A stretch of 55,232 nt of DNA from Octopus bimaculoides (taxonomy: Eukaryota), in NCBI RefSeq assembly GCF_001194135.2, contig NC_068992.1:53239702-53294933 (forward strand). The letters run 5' to 3'. Both the position numbers and the translations under genes were made by a program. The notes beneath the pieces were generated by a model. It was not told where the DNA came from, did no database searches, and saw only the letters and a list, made by a program, of their open reading frames with translations. Shown here piece by piece: positions 37,996 to 51,120 of this stretch. The stretch's first letter is position 1. Every line of letters starts with the position of its first letter.

Positions 37996-38020
37996 CATTA
38001 TTATTATTATTATTATTATA
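37545..38020. repeat. (CAT)n/(TAT)n trinucleotide arrays surrounding a SINE fragment
   Basis: Directly visible. They explain the poly-Ile, poly-Asn and poly-Asp ORFs in the track. Confidence 0.95.
37660..37790 (+). mobile_element. SINE family B, degenerate fragment
   Basis: GCAGAATCC...GCTTAGC...GGGTTCAAATGCTGC...TTTCATCCTTTT...CGATAAATAAGTACCAG matches the family B body. Confidence 0.55.
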
Positions 38021-38022
38021 AA

Positions 38023-38066
38023 GCCGGCGAGCTGGCAGAACCGTTAGCACACCGGGCGAAATGCTT
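38023..38066 (+). mobile_element. SINE family B, head only
   Basis: GCCGGCGAGCTGGCAGAACCGTTAGCACACCGGGCGAAATGCTT, a tRNA-like head with an A-box-like TGGCAGAA. Confidence 0.7.
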
Positions 38067-38966
38067 CTGGAGAGTAGTGTACAGGGGAAAACCACTAAGT
38101 TAAGAGGTCAGAAGTTTTTTTTTTTTATTTGTTTCTAAATATGGATGGCGGTTTGGGGTCTTCACTCCATTGCTGATTTCGGTATAGCATTGGATATGTC
38201 CTAGAACGCATTAAATTCCCCTGAGAATGCTATATAGAAGAGAAGAAAATTCGTAGAAGCGTTCTGTGATGCACAATAGGAAAAATATTCCAGTTTTAGG
38301 CCCGATTTACTTGTTTTTATGAGATGATTGTAGGTGGGAAGTTTACTGTTTCTCTGATGAAATTGTGCTTAATTTTGCTCGCGCTCCTCTATCTTTGCAG
38401 ACGTTCGTCAAACCGGTGTTTGTGGCAGCTTCGAGCATGTAATATGTGATAGTATCGATTTTTCATCATAATGCAGTGTTGTTTACGTGCCCGAATGCCA
38501 AATCGTCGTAGTTACTCTTATCTAAATTGCAGAATTCTTTCTCTTTTTCTGCAGGTAATAATATAAGTTGTTGTTTTGTTTTTTGTTTTTTTCTTTTAAT
38601 ACAGTTTTTATAGAATGAGGTATTTGGATCTACAGAGATTTAGAATGGAAGACAAATATTTTCGTAAGTTGTTGAAAATGGAATGTTTAACTTCCGTAAG
38701 CTTAACGTTAAGTCTGATGTTAGCTGAGGAGTCTAGTCGACGAATTAAGAGAAAGTGTTTCGTGGAGGGTAAGGGAGTAGGGCGTCAAAACCGATATTCG
38801 TTTTAGTTGGTATACTCTTCAGCAAAAGAACTATCGTCTATATCAAGTTGTAGCTTGTCATTAAATCACTAACATGAAATGAAATTCAGGCAAGGATTTA
38901 ATGAGACATGAATTACAGTAAACTACAGGGTGGTCTGTAGAGAGATTGAACGTACGTATCGCACAC

Positions 38967-39085
38967 TTTACTCTTTTACTCTTTTACTTGTTTCAGTTAT
39001 TTGACTGTGGCCATGCTGCAGCACCGCCTTTAGTCGAGCAAATCGACCCCAGGACTTATTCTTTGGATGTATAGTACTTATTCTA
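38967..39085 (-). mobile_element. SINE family A, 3' tail fragment
   Basis: TACTCTTTTACTCTTTTACTTGTTTCAG...GGCCATGCTGCAGCACCGCCTTTAGTCGAGCAAATCGACCCCAGGACTTATTC is the reverse complement of the tail of the 15144 copy. Confidence 0.88.
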
Positions 39086-39718
39086 CCAGTCTGGCTACTA
39101 TATCTAGAAAGATGTAAGAATTTTCCATGAAAATATGTTAATTCATAAAAGGAATTAAATGACTGAGAATGCTTTGATCTTAATCATGTATATGATGCAA
39201 AATACAGAAGGAGACGGTGAATGGAAAATGTAGACTTTTAGTGGGAAGAATGAGCTATAAAATGGGCGCGGCAAAAGTGACGTATGTTTGTGGGTAAGTG
39301 TGTGTGAATGTTGGTAAGCTAAAGTTGAGTACTCGTTAGACATAAGGGAATGGTGGACTAGGAGGGGGAAAAATAGGAGTGTTTGAAAAAAGATGTGAAC
39401 GATGTGCTTGCGTAGGTTATAGGATGCCGAAAAGCTGAATTGTGTGGGACTTGCAAGAATTTTAATTTTCTTGTACTTAACGACGCAATTCGCAACATCT
39501 GTTCGTTGCACTCTTTCTCCGCCTAATGCGTGCATGTATCCCATATGGCAATGGATTTATAATTTATCAAATTCCAACTGACATTCACAACTGATAGAAT
39601 GGGCTTTCGATTATTCCTTCTGTTGCAATCAAGCACGAACTTTCATCTCCACCTCTCACACTCTCTCTCTCACTCTCTCTGCGCTCTCTCTCTCTCTCTC
39701 TTCTCTTGCCCTTCCTCC

Positions 39719-39760
<42 letters not shown>

Positions 39761-39764
<4 letters not shown>

Positions 39765-40697
39765 CCTGATACTACCACCAAAACCCAGAGCGAAACTGAT
39801 GTAGAGGGAAACTCGTAGTGTGACCACTACAGTAAGAGACGACTGCCCCAATCATCTTTAACTTGTGAGATATTCAGAGTGAAATGTTTCTGCGGAACGA
39901 TCTGCAAAAATGCAAACGAGCTGAAGATACACCGTGTCTGACTGTGGAAAAGAAATGTCAAAACTGCAGTGCTCAGTGGTAGCACCTGGAGCAGGAAAAG
40001 CTCAAGAAACATCGTCATCAGGGGAAAACAAGAGCAGAAATTAAGTTCATGAAAAAGAAGGAGAGAGGCTAGTAAAAGCAGCAGATGAAAAACATTGACA
40101 CTTAGCTTGGTGTATGGATCCCAATAAGATATGAAAGTAAACTTGGGAGAGAGACTGCAGTTTTCCCAGGTCTTACATACAAGTCTGAGACCAGATGTGT
40201 TTCTGTAGTTTGAAAAGGCCAAGAAAATTATCATAAATGAGCTCACAAGTCCGTGGGAAGAGGGATATAGTGAGGCCCACCAATTAAAGCGTGCGAAATA
40301 CGTGAAATTTCTGCAGGATTGTAGAGAGAAGGGTTGGCAGTTATGGCCTTTCCCATTCGAGGTTCGCTGTAGGAGGTTCCCTATTCAGTCGGTATGGAGG
40401 ATGCTTACAGCCATTGGAATGAGAGGAAAGGCGCGAAGGGTAACTGTGCGCAGGATGGGAGAGGCAGCTGAAAGAGCCAGTTGTTGGTTTGGGAGCAAGA
40501 GAGAGGAGTTAAGCTGGAAGCCTGGAGGAGATGAGGAGCAGTGACTTGGCCTTCTCTGCTGACCCACCAACGAGAAAGTACTGCAGGTGAGGGTCGAAAC
40601 ACCCGAAGAACGTTATACCGTCTGATAATATCAGTTCCTCCTGGCCAAAGTCTCATTTACTTTGGTGAGTGGAAAATGCACCTGCTTCCACGAGTTA
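39761..40697 (+). mobile_element. HERO-like RLE non-LTR retrotransposon retaining both ends, RT domain deleted
   Basis: N-terminal zinc-finger-like RVKCFCGTICKNANELKIH (39876-39932). C-terminal restriction-like endonuclease DMKVNLGERLQFSQVLHTSLRPDVFL*FEKAKKIIINELTSPWEEGYSEAHQLKRAKY...GWQLWPFPFEVRCRRF...AAERASCW (40128-40544, PD at 40191), then a 3' UTR. No RT motifs lie between them. Confidence 0.8.
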
Positions 40698-40897
40698 ACA
40701 CACGTATACACACACACACGCACAAACATACATAAATATATATATATACACNNNNNNNNNNNNNNNNNNNNNNNNNNNNNNNNNNNNNNNNNNNNNNNNN
40801 NNNNNNNNNNNNNNNNNNNNNNNNNNNNNNNNNNNNNNTATATATATATATATACATAAGCAATCACACACACACATATATGTATATGTATAGGTGT

Positions 40898-40954
<57 letters not shown>

Positions 40955-43900
40955 TATTTAAATACACACATATTATATGTGTGTATATATATATAGAGAA
41001 AGAGAGGGAGAGAGAGAGTGGCAGAGAGAGAAAGGCACACACAGGGGGAATATGAAAAGATATATTTTTCAACTATGAGATATGTATGTAAACCAATGTC
41101 TGATAGGTGTGTCTACATGATATTTTCTATACATGTGTCTGTAATTCTGTGTGTTTTGCTTTATGTACTATGTTTAAAGACGAGATCAATCATTTGGGTA
41201 AATCTATACATTAAGCAGAAACGATAATATAGCCTGCTTCTTATTAGTTTTATTTATTGACACTGAATAATTCTAAATACTGCACTATCCACAAATAAAA
41301 AGCCTTCATCTCCTTTATATTACAATATTCATCAAACATATTGGTTCTATTCTTTCCAGTATTTTTTATACCTTATTTATTCTACACAAATAATTGTAAT
41401 GAATAATGTTACTTTTTCTTTTTTATTGCTTTGGTGTTAGTGTGTGTTATTCATTCAGTATTTTTATACACTTCTTAAGCAAATAACGTTTATTTACTGT
41501 TTTAATTCATACGTTAGAGTAAAACGAACGTTCTGTGGACGTGTTGCTATACATAATATCTTATCTTCATTTAAAGATCTTAAGATGTTAAGAATTCTTT
41601 ACAGACTTACTTAAGAGGCCACAATTGATTTGGAATTATGAATTTCAGTCTTGTGCATTGTATATTCGGAACTTCTTAACTTACTGTAAATACCGTTTGC
41701 CACTTTTGCCAAAAGAGTTTCTACAGCCCACAGCTTTCAAGAACTATCACAGTTGGTCAAGTAAGGTATGGTAGCACTCTCTTTATAATGTTACTAATGC
41801 CAAATCGTTAATTATTAAATACATTTCAGCTTGCCAGCTCATTCTTCCATGCCCTGGGGAAGTGCAGATAATCGCTGTAAGCTGCTTAAATGCTGCGTAA
41901 TTGTTTAATGTTTCGTTAGCTTGCTGTATTTAGTTTAAATCCTGCCTAAAAGTAAGTTGGCATGGTCTTGTATGCACTATTTAAAGGCATATATTAATTA
42001 AAACTTTTAGCTGCATCCTAAAATTTCAAGTAAGTTACTAGCTTCTGCATAAATCCGAAAGAGATATTCCGTTCAATCCATCTAACAATAATATTGTTTC
42101 TCCTGCGTTTTAATTATTTGGAAATACATCTGAAGGAATAATTCCCTGTCTGTACGGGAGAGAGATACTAAAAATACTTTCCGTTAATTTATCGACACAA
42201 TTCAAGGAAACTCTAATGATATTGATGCGCAGATTATATATCACTTTATACCTTGAGATATGATTCAGATTACTTTTCCCTCTGTAACGCAACCTCCGAG
42301 CATTTAAAGCTCTTAATATGTATTTCACTCGAATTGCCATCACTAAAATGTTTTCAGGATAATGCTTTTAGTAAATTGAACCTGTCATATAGCTGCTGGG
42401 TACAATATGACCTCCGAGGAAAGGAAAGAAAATGTGAATGGGTGGATCTTCATCGCATGCAGCAGTGTCAAAATTATTTACCGTTATTTATAAAGTCCAA
42501 TTCTGTATTTTATACTGTTCTACTTATTTACGGCTCGGTTCCCAACCACCTCAGCTAAGAAATATATATTTCGTGGTTGAACATAAAAGTACCACTCATG
42601 TACCACTCATGTACACATAACCAAACGTTCTATTTACCCTAAAATTTTGACCTTGTTTATTTAATGTTAGAACCGATAATAGCGCTATGTCGACGTGAGG
42701 TGAGGGTAATACAGACTCGTAATAGCGTTAGGAATATCGCGTTGTTTTATTTAGTTAATTCGAATAGTATTATCTCAGATTTCAAACCCCACGAAGGTGA
42801 GTCAATAAAATATGTAGTAATGAAGCAGCATATTTGGAGTTGATTTACTACTGTCGTCATTCTACATCTCTTCCTCCCCCCACTTTCTATCTCATTCTGT
42901 CGCTCACTTATTTTGTCTGGGTTATAAATATCATTAATTATGGCACATGAGTTGGTAAAGTTAGCAAATTTGCGAAAGCACTTTTGACATATCAAAGAAT
43001 AACTGTGGTAAATAGTTACGTTGCTATATATTCCATGTTTAAAAAAATAAAACGATGAAGTAGAACTTTCTCTTTATTCTCACTGCGTGTATAAAACCAA
43101 CATTTGGATGATTCTTTGATTGATAGACTGCCAAAATTTGTATCATATTATGTGTGAGGCGCTGGACAGTGCAATGTCACAATGAAAAGTTGAATACGTC
43201 AGCATCATAAATAACTGTGTGGGTTTCAATATTTCTCCTAAACAGCAGTGAGAAATAACGATTGGATGAAGCACAAAAATGTATGTTCCCGGTATAGCAC
43301 CCCAGGAAACACAGATGTGTATGTGGTTCTTATGAATGAAATATAAAACAAGCAGAGGTGGTATGTCACTAACACAGAGCCAGGTGTTGCAATATATAGA
43401 GGGAGGAAATGCGATGATCGAAGATATAGTTAATAATAAGGAAATTTTCTTCCAAAAATTTAATGCTCTTAGCTTAGAGTTTTGGGGCCAACCAATTTTG
43501 AACAGTCTCAAGAGGAAGAAGCCGAAACTCTAATGATGATTGGAAGCTTGAGTGATGAGCAGAAGGCTACAAATGATCCTTCCTGGTTTTCCCTGTTCGT
43601 CTTTGTATCGTCTATCTGTCCGTATATTTTTATTGTCATCCGTTACGTTCTTATTCTGTATTTCTTTTATTTATATATACATATATATATAATTGCAACT
43701 TACTACTATTTAATATTTTTTCTACATTGCATAATATTTCTTGATTCACCAAACCTATTTCAAAATAACTCTATGAGAATGTCCCCTCACTACAAGCAAC
43801 ACATTTATAACACAATTTATGACTGTTTAGACCCTAGTAAAAAATAATTTATACAACAGTAAATAATATTATTGTGACATTAGGTTTTACCGAGGTATTT

Positions 43901-44079
43901 CTTTGGTTTTGATAGTTCGGCTCGCAAAAGCTTGTTCATAAAAGATGCAAATTTGTACATTCTGCATTCCATATACTTCAATAAATTTTTATAGCTGCTC
44001 TGTCGATGGACGATTTAGACAATAATGACCATCATTAGTCAATGGTTGTAATTGAAGATGGAAGTGAAATTAAATGGAT

Positions 44080-44260
44080 TCCATTAAATACTATAAGATT
44101 ATCAATCCGGCATTCCAATATTTATGGCGCCACACTTGAGCTGGTGTTCTAATATTCCTATCACTAGAGCTCTTGAGTAATTTTAATGATGATTGATGGT
44201 GCATTTGTGCCCCCCAAAGCAACAGATATTGAAGTAAGGACACAATTCTTTATTGAGATA
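44080..44260 (-). mobile_element. Possible CR1/L2-type LINE fragment
   Basis: Across frameshifts it reads KS(L)VIGILEH / AQVWRH, like YKSLVRPILEYAxQVWxP. The match is weak. Confidence 0.3.
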
Positions 44261-44449
44261 TATCTTAGCATGTCAGGGAAGTTGAGGGGTAAAAGAGATG
44301 TTAGTTGCCCTGTATCTTAAAAGTTGTTGCTAAAATATTGTAAAGTATTGAATATATTTGTATATGAACTATTCGTCTATTGGAAGGGATGGATTATAAT
44401 CAACATAATACACTGAATTGATCCGATAATGTAGTAAAACTGTCAGTCA

Positions 44450-44700
44450 GGGCGTGTTATCTATCGATTAGAGTGTTGCACTTACTATCAGGAGATCGTG
44501 CTTCGATTTCCAAACCGTGCAAGGTGATGTGTTCTGGAGCTAATCACTTCGTTTCACTTTGCTCTAGTTCACTCAACTGTACATCAGTGATACTGCGAGG
44601 GACCAATGTACCATCCAGGAGCAATGTGTTTATCTCCGGGACTTATATTCCATGGAAACTAGGCAACCGGCCATATGAGTACTAAGAGTCGTGACATTTT
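44450..44700 (+). mobile_element. tRNA-derived SINE family C with a V-domain-like body
   Basis: tRNA-like head with B-box-like GCTTCGATTTCC. The body TTCACTTTGCTCTAGTTCACTCAACTG...CTGCGAGGGACCAATGTACCATCCAGG...GGAAACTAGGCAACCGGCC resembles the V-domain (from recall). Confidence 0.55.
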
Positions 44701-45372
44701 TGTCCAGGGCACATACATTACGTTTTTACTATATTAATTTAAGAATATATCTTATCAACAAAATGTTAATGCAGATAGTTTCAAAAGTATTTCTAATACA
44801 TACTTTAATACATTGAAACAGAACAATATCCCGTAAGACATATAATTCTACAGCTTCAAGCTTTGTATTCATGCACCACTAAAACTATCGTAACTTAATT
44901 GTTTTCACTCCTATATTTATTGCTACAAGCTGTACTCATTCTCTTTATCTCAATCACTTTTAATTTGTTTAATATTTATTCGACGACGAAAGTAACATCC
45001 TATATCATCAAACAAATGATTTACCATACAAAACATCGCCCTTAAAACTTAAAACAAAGACAAAACAATGACGAAAATCTATGTATTCAAAACAGACAGG
45101 TAATACACGAAAGTTACTTATTTTATTGTTGTTCGCAGTCTTCTTCAATGAAGTAAACATCTCTAGAAAAACACCTTCGTATTTCCTTGTCTTGCCAACC
45201 GTGTTTATTGTTTCTAGTATTATCGCTGACTTTACCGATTGCGTTTCCCCCATTTATTATTGCCAGCACATTCACTTGTACAATAATTAGTCCATCGTAT
45301 TCTGTTAGCTTAATTACTACTTCCTACTCATTGTTTCGTTGTTTTAGATTACAACACAGCAAATTATCTTCT

Positions 45373-45426
<54 letters not shown>

Positions 45427-45554
45427 TAGGCACAAGTATATATGTGTGTGTTTGTGTGTATACATATATGTGCATGTATGCATGTGTATACATAAGTGTG
45501 GTATGTATGTGCATATCTGTGCATGTAAGGTAATATATATATATACATATATAT

Positions 45555-45602
<48 letters not shown>

Positions 45603-46374
45603 NNNNNNNNNNNNNNNNNNNNNNNNNNNNNNNNNNNNNNNNNNNNNNNNNNNNNNNNNNNNNNNNNNNNNNNNNNNNNNNNNNNNNNNNNNNNNNNNNN
45701 NNNNNNNNNNNNNNNNNNNNNNNNNNNNNNNNNNNNNNNNNNNNNNNNNNNNNNNNNNNNNNNNNNNNNNNNNNNNNNNNNNNNNNNNNNNNNNNNNNNN
45801 NNNNNNNNNNNNNNNNNNNNNNNATATATATATATATATATATATATAAAACCACACACATAGACATATAAATATGTGTGTTTGTATGTGTGTGTGCTTA
45901 AGCGTGTGTTCTATATTTGGGTATACTGAAATGGAAAGTGGGTGTGTAATTTTTCTTTATTCCTGCTATCATGTTTGAACGCATCACACTACAAATGGTA
46001 ATTTTAACCACCATTCCTCCTAAATTGCTGTCTATAATTTTCATTTGCATTTTGTTTTTATTTATAATTTGTTTTTGTTTATAATTTCGCTCAAAAGTTC
46101 ATCCGTTTTCATTTAATTTCTTTACGGCATTTGAATTTTTGGTATGTACTGGCGGTAAATAATTGTAGTAAACTTTCTTTGATTGTTTATTTATACATTC
46201 ACAAGAATATTAATATTGCCAATCCGGTTCTCCTTCCTTTTGGACGTACTTTCAATTAATTTATTCGTTAATACTTCTGCCTAGGCCATAGCCATGCACA
46301 TACGCATATACACACACACAAATACACGTGCATACATGTATATACATGCATATTCTTTTTTTCTTTTATACGTT

Positions 46375-46552
46375 TCATTCCAAAAGCTGTGGGCCTGTTG
46401 TACTATCGCCAGTTTAATCATCTTTTCAATGGCCATTCATATGCAATTGGCTATTGGAGAAGGAGGGAGTTCGACACTGCTGCCTTGTCTTGAGATTCTT
46501 GCCGTGATATAGAGATTCATTTGGGAACTTGGACAGCAACAGATCAAGTTAC
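46375..46552 (-). mobile_element. CR1-group LINE extreme 3' end, second copy
   Basis: Minus strand reads LDLLLSKFPNE, then after a frameshift SRQESQDKAAVSNSLLLQ*, followed by a degenerate tail ...ACAGGCCCACAGC. Collinear with 7280-7665. Confidence 0.7.
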
Positions 46553-47660
46553 ATTTCACTTATACTCCAAGAATCAAAATCTCAAATATGATTTTGCTTT
46601 TCAAAACTATACTGTTAAAGTACATCTTTATAAATTTTGATTGTATAATAAAATAATAACATATTTTTGACTAGAAAAACAATACTGAATTGAAAATATC
46701 TACAATCAATACGGCGGCAGCTCAAAAATTTGATGATGTGGTAATATCTATTTTGATAGACGGGTCATGTCCTTTTATGTGCATTAAACTTATTTTGTTT
46801 CTGATAGCATTCGACATTTTTAAATCTGATATTTCGAGGAAAAAGAGATTATGCGCAAAATATTTCGGCAAACATTATATTCTGTATTATATCAAAAGAG
46901 CTTTTGCACATTTTCATTCAGTATATTAATTCAAAGTCATTAATCTTCACTTTCTCGGAAAATGAAAACCAGCCTATGGAAATATCTGCCTGCAATATAA
47001 ACAGGTTCTAAATGTAGAACAGATTTTCTTGACCAGATGTCTATATGTTTCATCTGTAAGGTGATATCTTTGCCCTAACATACTGATATGTTAAATAGAT
47101 GGATAATCCAGGCTGAATATATTGTAGCATTTCACAGAAAATTATTCTGTTTTTGATGGAAAGTATCCATAGCATTCACCATTGCTTTATGCTTACAAAT
47201 TGTTAAGCAATTCTCTTTCCGTATAGACAGAACATAGCTCTGTTCTTGTGGCTGGAAGCTGATAATTCATGCCGGGTGATTCGATGACCGCTGCATTGTA
47301 AACAGTGAAACAAATGTGTCAATTTTATAATGCTTCCAGTACGCACTGCTAAGATTTATGTAACTCAAGATAGATAATTAGAAATGGAAAATTAAGACTT
47401 CTCAAAATATAGTGTCATCCAATCGATGTATGATCTTCTGCAATAGGGTGTCCGATCTGTTAGAAATGATAGTTAAACTTACCAAATAACTAATCTGAAC
47501 GTTACAGAGTAAAATTATGCCTCAGAAATTATCGGTATTATCATAAATTTAAAACATGTGTTTATACGTCTACGAGATAAAGTTTAACCGGGGGCTACAT
47601 CAATTGAAAAATCATAGTCAGCACCTCAACACTAAAGTCATTTCTATCGATAGATACACA

Positions 47661-47863
47661 GCAAGCTTGCAGAATCGAAAAAGTGTCCGAAGAACTTCTT
47701 GCAGTATTTCTTGAAGCTCTTTACGTTTAGTTCGTACCGGAATCAACTCATCTTTTCATCCGTCAAGAGTCAATAAATTATACTACAATTCAAGTACTGC
47801 AGTCGACTTAATCGACTAACTTCCTTCCTTAAGAATTGTTGGGATTGTACCAAATTCAGAAAG
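47661..47863 (+). mobile_element. SINE family B, degenerate full-length copy
   Basis: AGCTTGCAGAATCG...TTTACGTTTAGTTC...TTTTCATCC...GTCAATAAATT...GTACTGCAGTCGACTTAATCGACT...TTGTACCAAATTCAGAAA is collinear with the 52561 copy. Confidence 0.6.
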
Positions 47864-48632
47864 TACTTATATCAATGGTTATCAAACCGAACAGTGGTGC
47901 TAACTTTTGGATGACGTAAACGCTTGTGAGGTGGCAAATAGCAGAGTGCCACAGAGTATGCTTAGTACTAAGAGTAAATGCAAAACAATGAAAAAAAAGG
48001 GGGGAGGAAAGGAGGAAAAAAGATAAATATTTCTTCAGTAAATACTGACAGAAAAAATATTCTAATAATAAAAAAGAAAACAAGTAATAGAAAAGGGGAG
48101 ATACCATGGGAGGGGTGAAGGAAATGAAACATTCCGAAAACATTCTGTTTCTGATTGCTTCTGTTTTAAAGTGATCTACTTAATTTTTTTTTTTTTTTTT
48201 TAATATTTTAACTACCAACTTAACAATATGCCATGATGTTTTTTTCTGAAATTGTTTGTAATTTTCAAACATTGATTAAAAAAAAGTTGCGCATGTGAAA
48301 TAAATGGTTTAGAAATACATAACAAAGAAGCAGTTTTTAAGTCAATGCATATAATAGAATAGCATAAGAACATGTAAAATAAGAATGTTTACAATAAATT
48401 TAAATACTACTCAACAAAGTGAAAATGTATGCCATAAAACAAAATAGAGTAAAAACAGAAATGTTAGTAAGATTCTATTGACGAAAACAAATATATTCAT
48501 TTTCCTGGTCATTGAAATAATAAACAAGGGAACATGCGACAATTTAATAATGTCTTTTTTTTTCGTCTCATGGGAAATTAGCTACCAAAGATCCTTTAGC
48601 AAAATAATTGATGTAGGACGATTTATATATAA

Positions 48633-48671
<39 letters not shown>

Positions 48672-48699
48672 CGATTGTGTATGTCTGTGTGCGTGCGGT

Positions 48700-48747
<48 letters not shown>

Positions 48748-49189
48748 AATGTGTCTTCGTGTCACCAACACGAATTATTAGCAAGAAGAAAACATGAAGG
48801 ATATTGCAAGTCCTTAATTTAGTAAAGAAATTATATTGATGAGTTCAATGCTTTGTAATATTTTGGTAACTCATGTGTTCTTTTCGTTAAGTTCAATTGG
48901 AACAATTGGTATTACAATAGATGTCTTGTCATAGCACGCATTTATTAAACACGGTTTCTCACCGTGGTACGCTAGCGTGCTTCGTGAGATCCCGGTTCAG
49001 CCTAATGTGAAAAGATCACATCGGAGGTGGTGGGGTTGTACCTTTCCAATTCAGCTCCATCCACGGTAGAAGCACTCTTACCGTGCCAAAGTAGCACTCT
49101 TACATGCCGTTCAACTGTGCTTGGTAGAATTTCTTCATTTTCACACTCAGAGCACAGAGATGAAATCATGTCATGTCTGTGAGGGTCAG

Positions 49190-49520
49190 CCGACTGCGTG
49201 ATTCTCTGTTTTGATTAAAAAATTGGATTCCTCAGTTCTGTTCCAGTTCCGAGACGACCGCTGGCTGCCGGTCGATCTCTTTGCCCATACGATGTGAAAC
49301 GGCGACCGAATCCATTAAAGGAGTGACCGACTTACCGCTGGTCGCGAAGCCGGCATCAACGATGCGGCAGAGCATCGACGACTGCGACGTGAAGCCCGAC
49401 CCTCGTAAGCTAAAGACGACCGCGAACGAGGTTCCCTGCCGCTTAGCGTGAAGTAGAGTTTCGGCAACCGACGGCTGGACGCCGGATGAAAAGTGTCGTG
49501 GTTAAATGTGTCATATACAC
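49190..49520 (+). other. GC/CpG-rich structured segment, putative RTE 5' UTR
   Basis: GC- and CpG-rich against the AT-rich background, with hairpins CGACCG/CGGTCG (49255-49274) and CCTCGT/ACGAGG (49401-49431). It lies upstream of RTE fragments on the same strand. Confidence 0.35.
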
Positions 49521-49588
49521 TAGCACCACTACAGGGGTGGGGGAGAAACATCTTTTATGTGTGCACGCATGCACGCATCCATCCATCC

Positions 49589-49620
<32 letters not shown>

Positions 49621-49717
49621 ATATATTTATGTATATATGAATGCATACATACATATATATATATATATAGATATACATATATGCATGCATACATACATAC
49701 ATCCATATATATGTATG

Positions 49718-49757
<40 letters not shown>

Positions 49758-49819
49758 CAGGTGTGCACGGTGTAGGGGGTAGGTGTTGCACTCCGTGGGC
49801 CTTTTCAGGCAGCGTCGAT

Positions 49820-50060
49820 TTCATGGAGAGGCTGAGCTAATAATATACAACACATATTTCCAATCACTATAAGCAATATATAGAACTATCAGAAAAGTGG
49901 AGGATGGACGAAGGCATATCATCGAAGGGGGACACCTATTTATTTTCAAAAATTCCACGACCAGTCTTCCATAATACACTAACCCTGGTACCCACGTCAC
50001 CATAGTTGGCAAACACTATTACAATCATATGTAACGCTTCCGTAACTAAAATATCCATCT
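49820..50060 (+). mobile_element. Possible RTE APE-endonuclease fragment
   Basis: Reads YRTIRKVEDGRRHIIEGGHLFIF...GKHYYNHM*RFRN, loosely like the RTE segment ETRRKG...GH.L.Y...K....I..F. The match is weak. Confidence 0.35.
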
Positions 50061-50079
50061 AGTTTATTTGAATATGTTT

Positions 50080-50700
50080 CTTCGCTTTAGGTATGAAAAA
50101 TATATGCAGTCGCAATATGTAACACAGGGCCGATCAGAGGCGGGAAGATATGAAATCGAGGAAATAAAAGGATATATATATATATATACAGTGAATATGC
50201 GCCTAGATATGGATGCTGGAATATCAAGGAGAATAAGCATAGGATGGAAGGTGTTTAGCTCAATAAACGAAGTACTCAAAACAAAGCTGGATTTGATCAT
50301 ACGAGTCAGATTCTTCAACAGCACCGTGCTACCTGCGCTCTTACACGCAAGCGAAATGTGTACTACAAAGAAGAGCATAGAAGATCGAATGGCTTCGAAG
50401 TAAAGGATCATATTCGAAATATGAGAGTTCGAGAAGAGTGTGGAGTGAACGATATGATCGCAGGATAATGAAAGCACAAGTACGACTGCGTTAGACATGT
50501 TGCAAGGCCTCCAGACAACATGGAGACTTCTGCAGTGGTCAAGTGGGATCCAGGAGTTCAGAAAAGATCACTTGGAACCCTCCACAACGATGGGAAGTCT
50601 ATTTAGTTAAGCAATTTGGTTGAAGATGAATAAGAATCAATTAAGACTGGATTGGAAGTGCACAATGACCAGTGATGTTCAATAGAACCTGATGGCCAGA
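50080..50700 (+). mobile_element. RTE-clade LINE 3' portion (post-RT region)
   Basis: Reads YEIEEIKGYIY...VNMRLDMDAGISRRISIGWKVFSSINEVLKTKLD...RVRFFNSTVLPALLHASEM, then DHIRN...RHVAR and degenerate KR.LG.P.RW motifs typical of the RTE ORF2 C-terminus. Confidence 0.9.
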
Positions 50701-51056
50701 TCGACATTATGATACTCTGATATGTTTGTGTGTGACGTCATTTGGATTTATACACTTCCGAGAAAACATGAAATAATTCTTTTTGGAGAATATTAGCTCT
50801 CGAGTTACATAAGCTATAAATAACAGCATACGTATCTCTGTCTCTCTCTATATATATGTTTGTGTGTGTGTGTGTCTGTGTGTATGTATATATGTATGTA
50901 TATATATATATATATATNNNNNNNNNNNNNNNNNNNNNNNNNNNNNNNNNNNNNNNNNNNNNNNNNNNNNNNNNNNNNNNNNNNNNNNNNNNNNNNNNNN
51001 NNNNNNNNNNNNNNNNNNNNNNNNNNNNNNNNNNNNNNNNNNNNNNNNNNNNNNNN

Positions 51057-51120
<64 letters not shown>

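Noticed and set aside
38375-38560. Two strong-looking splice acceptors (CTCCTCTATCTTTGCAG and TTCTCTTTTTCTGCAG)
   Set aside because: No convincing donor or recognisable reading frame follows. They may be the reverse strand of purine-rich repeat remnants.
40596-40628. GAAAC...CTGATAA in the HERO-like 3' UTR as a type II hammerhead
   Set aside because: Stems I and III cannot be paired and the core differs from CTGANGA.
43250-43560. ORFs at 43336-43533 and 43143-43511 as an exon or piggyBac fragment
   Set aside because: No diagnostic motif or splice pair could be identified.
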